Shown one piece after another: positions 52,601 to 63,979 of a stretch of 64,000 nucleotides of DNA. The stretch spans positions 23,934,001-23,998,000 of the forward strand of contig OZ076409.1 in the NCBI GenBank assembly GCA_964187785.1. Reading direction: 5' to 3'. Under the pieces are notes generated by a model. It ran no database searches. It was not told the origin of the DNA and saw only the letters and a list, made by a program, of their open reading frames with translations. Each line of letters starts with the position of its first letter. The stretch's first letter is position 1. The DNA comes from Amphiscolops sp. MND2022 (lineage: Eukaryota). The position numbers were made by a program, and so were the translations under genes.

Positions 52601-55279
52601 CATTTCGAGATATTAAGTGAAAAATTAGAAATTTCCCAAAATTATTTAATTTTTGAACAAAAAATTGGCCATAACTTTTTATAAAGTTTATAGAACGCTT
52701 AGCGTCAGCAGGAACTTCGTCTTGCAATAGGATTTGAGGGCCGCATGCAAATTTTGAGCAAATTCTAATGGTTAGATTAAATTTTAGGTCTTTTTTTTGC
52801 AATTTCTGCTACATACCGCTAGCTTAAGGCGGATCGTCGGCCGCCAGGACCCTACCCGTCGGCCGAATACAAACGGGGTGAAATTTCCCCGCCCACCTAG
52901 CGCTGCAGGCTTGTGTCAAAATAGGGCCGCTTAAAGAGATTGAGTTGATAAATTGAGAAGTCAATGAAGGTGATTTTCAAAGAAAAACTGTGATGAGGTT
53001 TTCAATCAAAAGTTGGTATTGCTCGTTTTGGCTAAGTACCTTGGGTTAATTTAGTTTCCAATCCTGGTGATCGGAGCAAATATGGAAGATAAAATGTGTT
53101 ACTTATTGAACTTGCGTACTCAGAGAGAAGCCTAGTAGGTGGTTTCATGACAAATGTCATCAAGTTTTCCACGGTGTGAAATAGGAGGTCGCTTTTGGAA
53201 CACTTAAAAGATCTCCAAGTCCTCGTACCCCTTTTTTTTACAGAAGTCAAACCAAAACCCCAAGGAGGAGTCGGAAACTAATTTGTTTATGTTTGTTTCG
53301 ACAGTGACATAAAATGGTACAGAAAAAGGCATTTAGTAGTTTTGACCTTTGGTGAGTACATTCTCATCTCCCCCGATGGGGAGAGATGAGAATGTACTTA
53401 CGTGTTTCTCTATAACTGATGGTTTATACCATCAACACTTATCAAAAGAAGTGAAACAACTTTGAAAGACCTTTGCACTAGACAACTGTAATTGAGGATA
53501 AGTTGAGGTTCATTGCATGTATTCCAATGAGTTTTTGACGAGACTTACGTTCCATTTACACACTTTGACTTCTTAACCTCAAATCAAGCTCCCATTTAAA
53601 GAATCATAAGTCAACATCAAATTACGATAAAGAGACGTTCTAAACGGCATTTTTCTCCCCAATTACTGGGCTTTCCACATGCATCCACTTGCAATCCTAG
53701 TTGTGTGGAAGTTTCTCGACTTTGGGCGGCCTGAAGTTAAAAAAAAATTTTGAAAAAATTTCAAAAATTTTCTAAGTTCAACAAATTTTACCCGGAGAAT
53801 GCTATAAAGCTAAAACTGCGGCAAATGACCCCAATCGTTTTGTTGAGACGAAATTAGCCCATGGGTTACCTACTGGGCGTCTTTTTAGAAAAAATTTGTG
53901 CTGAAACGGCAGAGATAGACTAATTTGTCATTTTTCAAACAAAATTACTCATAAACTCCGCATTTTTCTCTTTCCGGCGATGTTTTACAGAAACTTTTAC
54001 CAATACCTATTTGTTGCACAATCACGGACAACAAAAACAAAAAGGTATAGAATTGTGCTGAGAAGCTTGTGTATGGAAATATGGGCCATTTACTACAAAC
54101 TCACTGTTAGTGAATTGTTGTTCATTTTTTTTGTGATTTTTCAAACTCTTATAAGTCCATGTCAAGTTGTCGGAAACGGGCGTTCTATAGCTCATTTTCC
54201 TCATCACTTCATGCACTCTCCGCATGCATTCACTTGCAATCTAAGTTGTGTGGACGAAGTTTGACTTTTTTGGCAAAAAGTGTTAGGTCCCGAAAAAAAA
54301 GTCCTATTTGTACAAAAAAAACTGTCCAAAAAGCACATAATTACATCTTAAAAACGTCTTAAAAAGCCTTGGATAGTGTTGCTGCACTACATAGCGGCAA
54401 TTGAACAGCTCTGGGGCTGAATAAAAGCAATTCGGTAAGTTTTAGATGAGACTTAGCTTTCAATTTAGGTTTTTTCTTAATTTCACCACATAGCAAGCAC
54501 ACACTCAAATTGTCATAAGTCAACGTCAGGTTAAGCTACAGAGTCGTTCTATAGCTCATTTTTCTCGTCTATTCAAGCACTTTCCACATGCATTCACTTG
54601 CAATACTAGTTGTGTGGAAGTTCCTTGACTTTGGGAAGCTTGAAGAAAAAATTATTTTTTTTTGAAATTTTTTTGTAAAAATTCTAAGTCATTTATCTTT
54701 TACCCGGGGAATGCTGGAACGCTGAAACTTCGGCAAATGGGCCAAATGGTTTTGCTGGGAGGTAATTCAGCCAGGGGAGGACTTTAGACGAGGTTCTAGA
54801 AAGAAATTTGGCCGAAAAACGGCAGAGTCATACTAGTGTGTCAAAATTTTTTTCAAAAAATCGATGGTTTTTCGGTTATTTCTCAGTCAATTTTCATCCG
54901 ATCTCAACCAAAATTTGTCTACGAGTTCTACTCGAAGTGCCAAACAACTTTACCTATACAAACTTTTTTCGATCCGAGCACCCTGGAAAAAGTTATAGCC
55001 GATCAAAAATAAAAAAGTCAAAAAATGGCCATTTTTCACTCAGAAAATGTCATTTTTGACCAACTTTTTGAGTTTTCCCGGAAAAATGGCAGTAGGAATT
55101 AGTTCTTGTATTGGAATTTGGGAGCTACATGCAAAATTTGAGCAAAATCGTACGGGTGGTTTTCGAAATCAGCATTACACTGGTGCGTTTCTAACAGTAA
55201 GTTTTCCATAAGGGGTGCCGCCAATCAGGACCCTCCCCGAGGCGGCGGAAGAGGTTGGGAGAGCGCCCCGACCACCTAG

Positions 55280-58200
55280 CCCGGGATGTACGGGCGTCGT
55301 TTGGGTATGTATTTGGTATACGTCGTCGAAGGGCATGCCTCGGCATGCCCACAGACGGTGGGCGTTGATGTAAAGTGTGTGGCGTTGACGTTAATTAAAC
55401 TAAAATATGACGTTTCAGCTTCCATAATGAAATGTAATATTCAATTTGAACTTTTATAAATCTGTTACAAACATTCCAATTAATACCATTTGTTAGGTAA
55501 ATAGGTTTTCTGGCATTTAGGACACATTTTGTATGGAAAAAACCATTTTTTTCAACAATTTGCTCACTATGATTCTAATAACGGAATCATGACGGCATAG
55601 TTTTTGTCGTTGATACACTGTTGATGAAGCTCTAATTGGTACTAATGCAATATATACCTACCCAAAAACACTCTTGATTAACGATTTCAGAAGGATAGCG
55701 CTTCCAAGTTGACACCAGGCCAACTTGAAAGGCTATCAAAATGTAACGGTTATGTTGGTTGAGGTTTCGGAGTCTCTGAAACTATATGGAAAAACTTTAA
55801 TTTTTAATAATAGTCCATAATAGTCGACAAAAGTACGCCGAAAGACATTTTCAAACCAAAAACCTATCCTGTGTCCAACGGTTTGGACTTCCGGTGCTAT
55901 ATACCCCGTTACCCCCCACAAGGTTTCATGACTATGTTCACTATTGCAGACCGTCGAAACACCTAATAGATACTTTTATCTACAAAATACTAAACATTTG
56001 AACCCAATAGACACAAAATTTGACCATTTCCGGTCGTTTACGGTACCAGGGGGACTTTAGGGTCAACATAACGGTTATTTCTGAATGCTCGCCTCACGTC
56101 CTCCCTTACCTCATATAGTGTCCAAGCACCTATTACCACTCCTTCCGCACCTAAATACACTTGAAAAAGTATAAAAATTGCAATTTTACCCACATAACGG
56201 TCATTTCCGGTCCCAAGGGGTAACGGGGGGTGACTGAAACTATATCCCCCAACTCGTCTCATTGAGTACTACAATAAGTTACCTGACGTTCCCCGGCTGG
56301 GACCGACCCTTTGGGCTCAAAAAGTGACATTTCCGGTCACATAGCGGTTAGGCTGGGGGGCCAAGTCGGTAACGGTGATAGATAGCGGAAATCTGTTTGC
56401 CCCCCTGAAGGCACCATATCATGGGTATGAAACCTTGTAGTAGTGATGGACACGATTGCTCCACGCGTTCACGAGATATTTACCCCTCAATGCCCATTTT
56501 ACGGTTTTAGCACTAAAAAAAGGAGGCGGAAGCCCCATTTCCCGCTAACGGGTTGGTCCAGGGGGTCCCAAACTACATGTTTCCGATAGGTCCTTGTCTA
56601 AACCTACTTTTGTTATATAACACCCGACGCGCTACTCCCACTCCTTCACACCGGAAATAGCGGTAAAACGTGGAGGGGGGCATTTTACACGCTCATATAA
56701 CGGTCATTTCCCGTCCGGGGGGTAAATTGAGTTTGGCAAACTACTTGTCCCCCACTTCGTCTCAAGGCCGTCCCCAATACATCACCTAACGACCCCGCGC
56801 TCAGACGACTCCTTCCGGGTCAAAAACCTGCGTTTCCGGAAAAATAACGGTTTGAGCGGGGGGGTACTTGGAGATAGCTTCAAGATAGAAAAATTTGGTT
56901 TGGACCTTCGGGGCCCCTGCAACACGGTCAAGAAACTTTTAGCAGGGTTCCAAAGTTTTAAATCAACAGAAAAAAAGTTATGCGACCGGATATAACTTTT
57001 ACCCCCAAAATGACCCCTAACGGTCGCCCGTGTACCCCGTCAAAATATTTCAATCACGCTGGAACCCGGTGGGGGGCGCTAATTTTCGGAAAATCTGGTG
57101 GGGGCCGCTCCAACTTTAAAATCCTATGGTTAGATCACGAGATCCCGAAATTTTTGCAAGATTTCCTATCGATAGCTATTAGAGTTAAAATCGGATTCAG
57201 GACCCTACCCGAATCCTCCAATATATTTGTTGGGGTTACCCCCCCGCACCTAGCTGCTACCGCGGGTGGGTGTAGATATGGAGGGTGTTTGGTATACGTC
57301 GTCGAAGGGCAAGCCTCGGCATGCCCACGGACGGTGGGCGTTGATGTAAAGTATGTGGCGTTGACGTAAATTAAACTAAAACGTGAGGTTTCAGCTTCCA
57401 TAATGAGACCTAATAAAAATGTTGATCTTCTTTTTCATTGTTATTTAGTTTTAGTCAATACCATTTATTGTTTTATTCAATTTGGTGGCATTAGGACACA
57501 TTTTTAATGGAAAAAATCAACTTTGAAAACAATTTGTTAACTAATATTTTTATAACGGAATTATCACGACATCGTTTTTGCCGTTGGCAAACTGTTGATG
57601 AAGCTCTAATTGGTATTAATGCAACATATACCTACCCAAAAACACTCTTGATTAACGATTTTAGAAGGATAGCCCTACCAAGTTGACACCAGGTCAACTT
57701 GAAAGGCTATCAAAATGTAACGGTTATGTTGACTGAAGCATTGGAGGTCCCTGAAAATAATGTGAAAAAATTTTATTTCCGAAAAAAGTCCGTATTAGTT
57801 GATATTCTGACGATTCAACCCACAAAACTATGCCTAAAGACATTTTGAAACCAAAAAACCTATTCTGTGACCAACGGTTTGGACTTCCGGTGCTATATAC
57901 CGTTACCCCCCACAAGGTTTCATGACTATGTTCACTTCTGGAGGCCTTTAAAACACCTTCCAGATACTTTTATCCATAAAATACCAAACATTTGTACCCA
58001 ATAGACACAAAATTTGGCCATTTCCGGTCGTTAACGGTACCAGGGGGACTTTGGGGTCAACATAACGGTTATTTCCGAATGCTCTCCTCACGACCTCCAT
58101 TACATCATATAGTGTCCAAGCACCTATTACCACTCCTTCCGCACCTAATTGCCCTTCAAAAAGTACAAAAATCGCAACTTTACCCACATAACGGTCATTT

Positions 58201-59247
58201 CCGGTCCCGAGGGTTAACGGGGGGTGACTGAAACTATATCCCCCAACTCGTCTCATTGAGTACTACAATAAGTTACCTAACGTTCCCCGGCTGGGACCGA
58301 CCCTTTGGGCTTAAAAAGTGACATTTCCGGTCACATAGCGGTTAGGCTGGGGGGCCAAGTCGGTAACGGTGATAGATAGCGGAAATCTGTTTGCCCCCCT
58401 GAAGGCACCATATCATGGGTATGAAACCTTGTAGTAGTGATGGACACGATTGCTCCACGCGTTCACGAGATATTTACCCCTCAATGCCCATTTTACGGTT
58501 TTAGCAGTAAAAAAAGGAGGCGGAAGCGCCATTTCCCGCTAACGGGTTGGTCCAGGGTGTCCCAAACCACATGTTTCTGATAGGTCCTTGTCTAAACCTA
58601 CTTTTGATATATGGCACCCGACGCGCTACTCCCACTCCTTCACACCGGAAATAGCGGTAAAACGTGGAGGGGGGCAATTTTCCCGCTCATATAACGGTCA
58701 TTTCCTGTCCGGGGGGTAAACTGAGGTTGACAAACTACATGTCCCCCACTTCGTCTCAAGGCCGTCCCCAAAACATCACCTAACGACCCCGCGCTCAGAC
58801 GACTCCTTCCGGGTCAAAAACCTGCGTTTCCGGAAAAATAACGTTTTGGGCGGGGGGGTACTTGGAGATAGCTTCAAGATAGAAAAATTTGGTTTGGACC
58901 TCCGGAGCCCTTGCAACACGGTCAAGAAACTTTTAGCAGGGTCCCAAAGTTTTAAATCAACAGAAAAAAAGTTATGTGGCCCAATATGAATTTTACCCCT
59001 AAAATGACCCCCTAACGGTCGCCCGTGTGGCCAGAAAAAAATTTTCCGGGGTATGGAACCCGGTGGGGGGCGCTAATTTTCGGAAAATCTGGTGGGGGCC
59101 GCTCCAACTTTAAAATCCTATGGTTAGATCACGAGATCCCGAATCCTATCCAAATTTTCTTAACGAAAGCTGGCAGCACTGAACTCGGATTCAGGACCCT
59201 ACCCGAATCCTCCAAAAATTTTGTTGGGGTTTCCCCCCCGCACCTAG
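55280..59247 (+). repeat. Two tandem ~2-kb units of a distinct subfamily rich in AACGGT / TTTCCGG motifs
   Basis: 55280-57253 and 57254-59247 are colinear and nearly identical over their 3' ~1.3 kb. Confidence 0.9.
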
Positions 59248-61219
59248 AAAAAATTGGGCGCCCTGTGGCGCTAATGGGCATACGTCGTCGAAGGGCATGC
59301 CTCGGCATGCCCACGGACGGTGGGCGTTGATGCGAGTATGTGGCGTTGACGTTACAGAAGTAACGTTGAGCTGATGGTGTGTAAGGTGGTTAGTAGGGAA
59401 AGTTTGGAGTGAAAGAGAAAGAAACCAGTCTAAATATTAGTTGGCTTGCGCGACAGCCTAGAAAACATTGTATAAAAATAAAATTGCGCCATTGTGCGTG
59501 TCATTTAGCGGGTACATTCTCATCTCCCCCACAAAGGGGGAGATGGAATGTACGCAACAGTTTTGTGCTATCGGATGAATAAGACGGTATCAAAACGGTA
59601 TCAAAGTGGGTCAAAAGACTCTAAATGGCGTTGCTGCACTAGACAACGGCAATTTACCAGCTCTGGGGTTGACTGGACGTATTCCGATTTGTTTTCAAAG
59701 AGACTTACGTTTTTTGATTTTTTAGCACATAGGAAGCTCACACTAAAAATGTCATAAGTCAACGTCAGGTTAAGCTACAGAGTTTTATAATAGCTCATTT
59801 TCCTCGTCTATTCAAGCACTTTCCACATGCATTCACTTGCAATACTAGTTGTGTGGAAGTTTCTTGACTTTGGGAGGCCTGAAATTGAAAAAAAAAATTT
59901 TGAACATTTTTTGAAAAAATTCTAAGTCATTTATCTTTTATTCGGGAAACGCTGGAACGCTGAAACTGCGGCAAAAGGGCCAAATGGCTTTTTTGGGATG
60001 TAAACCGGCCAGGGGAGGCCTTTAGGCGAGGACCTGGAAAAAAATCTGGGCAAAAAACGGCAGAGATAGACTGGGTTTTCCAAAAAAGTCGACAAAATGC
60101 GCCAAATTTCCGATTATTACTCATCCAATTTTTATCCGATTTGGACGAAATTTTGTTCACGCACTCCCCTTTTAGTGCTGAGTAATATTGCTTTTCACGT
60201 GCGACCCGCTCCGAGCACCTCGAAAAAAGTTATGGACCGTCAAATTGGAAAAAGACAATAAAAACGCAACAATGGGCATTTTAAACGCAATTTTGGTCAA
60301 CATAAAATATTTCAATCGAAAAACGCCACTAGGAAAAAGTTCTTATAATCTTTCAAGGAGGCCCTGTGCCAAATTTGAGCGAATCCTACAGGCTGGATCC
60401 TGAGATCTGAGAATTGTGATAGGTTTTGCATAGTATGAATTCCGGTTAACAGCCGCCCGGGGCCCCTCCCCCAGCGGCAAAGATTTTGCTGAAAAAAAAA
60501 ATTCCCGGCCACCTAGACGTGGACGGCAAAACGAAGAGTCCAGTAGGCGGGAAAGTGTTAATAAGGAAAGTTACTCACGTGATTGGAGAAGTCGTCGTCA
60601 GTCGGGTGTTGGTTGGTGGTTAATTAGTGGTTAATGATGTTAGAGAATGCGGAGGAGTTGTCGTTACATAAGTTTTCTCAAAATCAAAAAAATAGAAAAT
60701 CGCACGGTGTCCACCCTCTGTAGTAGAACTTTGTGCGATACTCAACAAAGTAACCTAATGCAAAGAAGACTGGAACCACGCTTATCGTCGATTCAACTTA
60801 GTCAGACTGTTTTACCCAAACCTTATTGATAACTTAATGTAACGAAAATCAGAATGATGCTAAAACTTTAGGTGTAATTAAATGGAACTGTTCATGATTA
60901 AATCCTAATTTCTTAAAGCTGCAATGAGTTGGAAAAAAGTTGAATGAAGTTTTAAAAAGTTTCAATTAGGCCTAAAAACTTTTTAGTTACGTTTTTTAGC
61001 CAGATAGTTCCTTGTAAGAAACTGTCGATAGTTCCCTGGAATTCCCTGGAGAAACTGGAATTTATTTATCAAATAATACGAACAAAAAATGTGTACAAAC
61101 GAAAACAAAAATGCATCTTATTTGGAGTTTTAATTAAAGTGAACAACTGAAGGCACTCAGGTCTCCCAAATTGTTCACAATAACAGCGCAGGAACTTTAT
61201 TTGCATGAGTTTCACTTGG

Positions 61220-62278
61220 CTAGTGACTGGAGGCACTCAGGTCTCCCAAGCCACTAACCACTGCAACACTGCTTCCACTTCCTGATGTGACAGCTTCTCC
61301 TCTGTACTTCTTCCCAAGTTGCTGGTCTGTTAAGGGTCCTTCTGGATGCAGAGCGGTGACGTGGAAGTTCTTGTTCTCGACCGCCGTTCCTTCTTCGTCA
61401 GACGCCGGCTTAAACCAACCCGAAATCCTAAAACCCTCCCCTGCATTGACTAACCCAACCATTTCCTGAACAATTGTATCAATCCTAAAGCGATCCAACC
61501 TATCCGAATCTGACTTCAATTTCCTAGCTTCTTGCGTTATAAAAAAATCCGTAGTAAATGAGGAATAAATAGTTAAAAAGTCTTCGTTATTTACGCGCTG
61601 GTTCAATTCCGGACAAGTAAATTCAATTAAAAGCACCCAAGTTTTTTTAGCGAGTGTCTCGACACAACCGCACGGCTCGTGGTACGTCTGACCGTCGCAT
61701 AGTTTGCCAGCACAGACATTGTCTGCGATGACGGCAGAGTCAACCGTGACGTGGTTAGAGACGAACGAGAAAAACCTAAATTCCAGAGATGTTCCTTCGA
61801 CGTCGTATGGCGGCAGCGTGATCAACTGATTGAAGGTCGTTGCGGGTATCAGCGGCTCCCTGGTTGATATAAGTGCTGTTCCTCCTCTTGCAAGTTGTCC
61901 TTCCAGGCTTGGTTTGATGATGGTAACGGCCGATCCAGGTTTGAGTTGTTCAAAGTACCGGAAGATGATCCTTGATTCCTCACTGTTAGCTGTGAAAATA
62001 GCTATAACTGCTGACGTTCCGGGTACTCCTAGCACGATAAAACGGTGGTACTTCTCAAGCTCCATCTTCCTCCCTGCTTGTCCGTATCCTTTTGTTTGTT
62101 TAGTGTAAGCAATCTTCTTCGTAGGCTGGCTTACGTAGAGTAGCACAGCTTGCATCATAGATAATCGAGGCGTTGTCGGTGCCGGGCATAGTAAGTCTTC
62201 AAGTGCAATTAATGCGAAGTTCACGAGTAGAGCTCGAGCTTGAGCGATCGTGAGAGAAGCTTTGAAAAAGCCAGGCAT
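61220..62278 (-). CDS. Intact 352-aa protein with Cys cluster (CAGKLCD...PCGC), possibly tandem OB-fold/ssDNA-binding
   Basis: ATG at 62278 just after a TTTTGCAG acceptor; beta-strand-like hydrophobic pattern; GFRISGWFK motif. The fold assignment is a guess. Confidence 0.65.
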   Translation of the reverse strand: MPGFFKASLTIAQARALLVNFALIALEDLLCPAPTTPRLSMMQAVLLYVSQPTKKIAYTKQTKGYGQAGRKMELEKYHRFIVLGVPGTSAVIAIFTANSEESRIIFRYFEQLKPGSAVTIIKPSLEGQLARGGTALISTREPLIPATTFNQLITLPPYDVEGTSLEFRFFSFVSNHVTVDSAVIADNVCAGKLCDGQTYHEPCGCVETLAKKTWVLLIEFTCPELNQRVNNEDFLTIYSSFTTDFFITQEARKLKSDSDRLDRFRIDTIVQEMVGLVNAGEGFRISGWFKPASDEEGTAVENKNFHVTALHPEGPLTDQQLGKKYRGEAVTSGSGSSVAVVSGLGDLSASSH

Positions 62279-62381
62279 GCTTAATCTGCAAAAGCTATAC
62301 AAAAGGTTAGACAATTGCAGGAAGGAATTTCCAGGACGACCGTTACAACTGTACACTATATACAAATACAGAATTAAAGAC

Positions 62382-62558
62382 TGATAAAACTAAGTTACTA
62401 CTGGATTGAAGATAAATCTTTGATAAAGCTAATTTACTACTGGATTCAGAATAAATCTTTGATAAAGCTAATTTACTACTAGATTCAAGATAAATTTTTG
62501 ATAAAGCTAATTTACTACTGGATTCGAGATAAATCATTTATAAAGCTAATTTGCTACT
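62382..62558 (+). repeat. 39-bp tandem repeat, ~4.5 copies
   Basis: Unit TGATAAAGCTAATTTACTACTGGATTCAAGATAAATCTT. Confidence 0.9.
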
Positions 62559-63358
62559 AAAGGAAATGAATATTAAAAGCTAACTATCTTCAGCTCAACT
62601 GTACAGATTCTAACTACTTGCAGGCAAACAGTATTTACATTAAGGTCCCTTCAGCTAAACAAAAGGAAAAGAATGAACAAGAAATTCCAATGAAATCTGA
62701 TCGGATTTTTGATTATACTGGACTGAATTTTGACATTGATAACAAATATTAAAAACAAATACGATTGGATCTGAAATCGCAATTTAATAAAGTTATACGT
62801 TGAATAAAAATTACAGACAATTTTAGAAAAATTCCAATTTTTGGAAAAATTTTTTTGAATGCGTAATTAGATTTCTGTCATTCTTTTCGTTTTGTTGAGC
62901 TGAAAGGTTTAATTTTTTTGGTTTTTTTGTATTTTATATTTTTTTTGGTTTTTTAGGAGGGGTTTTAAATTTTTTTTTGCTTTTTCGGGGAACTTTTGTA
63001 ATTTTTTTGAGAATTTGTGTTTTCTGTTTCAACCACAAAGGCGCGCAAATTGTGAGACAGCTGCAGTAGAAGACGAAATGAGCGCAAGAAGTACACGAAG
63101 TAATGGCAAGCAGAACATCCCGAAATCAACTGACAGCTGGCAATCCTGTTTCCAGGCCAAATGTCCTCTTGTCGATCTCCGTGCTTCCACAGCCTGAAAA
63201 GAACCGTTCTAACAAGAATAAAGGAAACAAAAAAAACGACAAAGAGGACGGGGGGTCAGTTTAAGCCACTAAAGGGCTTAAACTGACAGAAAAGCGAAAA
63301 ATGGCAAAAAGAGCGAAAATGATTGAAATTGAGGTTGAAATGCATGAAGAAAGGCATT

Positions 63359-63979
63359 TTAGCCGTAAAATTTCACGATTTTTCCTATCGACATTTTCAG
63401 TGAGTCCGCGGTCTGATGTGCTGGATCAAAGGGCACGAAGGAGGAGTTTGACAAGTTCAAATCAAAATACTCGAAATTCTGTTTTATCATATCATTTATC
63501 TCTTTGTCTAGATTGCTTGAGAAGAGTCGCTCAGGGTCCCCTTTTTTTCTGTTTGTATTGTGAGGTAATTTGAAAGCATCTTCTTTTTTCCTGCGACATA
63601 GAACGACAACAAATCGACCGGGACAATTTCTCTGCATACGTAGTAACTTTCTTATAACAACGCGAGGGGTAAGAGGTAAACAATTCGGGGGTGCATGAGG
63701 CGGTAAAGTGAGGGAATTCATTATTGCATCGAAGTATATGACTAGAGTATGGGGTCTGAATTTCAAAGCATCTGTAAACAACTTCTCCAAATTCTTCTCG
63801 TTATTGGGGTGATTGAATCGAGCTCCTCCTTCGGCGAAATTTTTATAAACTATGTGATGTGGAACTTGGGGACAATGGGCCCGGATGTTGCAGGGCCCCT
63901 CGCAGTTGCAAGACTCCCACGGCTGCCTCTCAAAAGAGACGAGGTTGCTAGCTCCTACGAGGGCGACTCTTGAAACCAT
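63359..63979 (-). CDS. SGNH/GDSL-hydrolase-like protein, 206 aa
   Basis: VALVGASN (block I Ser), AEGG (II), LVIYFDAIMNSL (III), DPAH (block V DxxH). Confidence 0.75.
   Translation of the reverse strand: MVSRVALVGASNLVSFERQPWESCNCEGPCNIRAHCPQVPHHIVYKNFAEGGARFNHPNNEKNLEKLFTDALKFRPHTLVIYFDAIMNSLTLPPHAPPNCLPLTPRVVIRKLLRMQRNCPGRFVVVLCRRKKEDAFKLPHNTNRKKGDPERLFSSNLDKEINDMIKQNFEYFDLNLSNSSFVPFDPAHQTADSLKMSIGKIVKFYG

Larger units (their letters stand above)
28240..60516. mobile_element. Array of at least 16 end-to-end non-autonomous units with a shared structured terminus (rolling-circle/Helitron-like, unclassified)
   Basis: Minus-strand ends (CT[A/G]GGTG) at 28240, 29310, 30384, 31458, 36360, 41296, 43270; plus-strand ends (CACCTAG) at 45644, 47651, 49623, 50894, 52900, 55279, 57253, 59247, 60516. 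Confidence 0.75.

Noticed and set aside
28240..60516. Many short ORFs recurring in the array, e.g. the YVVEGHASACPQT peptides
   Set aside because: They are translations of conserved hairpin DNA; frames and lengths are not maintained between diverged units.
62343..62537. Repetitive peptide ORF (YLESSSKLALSKI)n
   Set aside because: Translation of the 39-bp tandem repeat.
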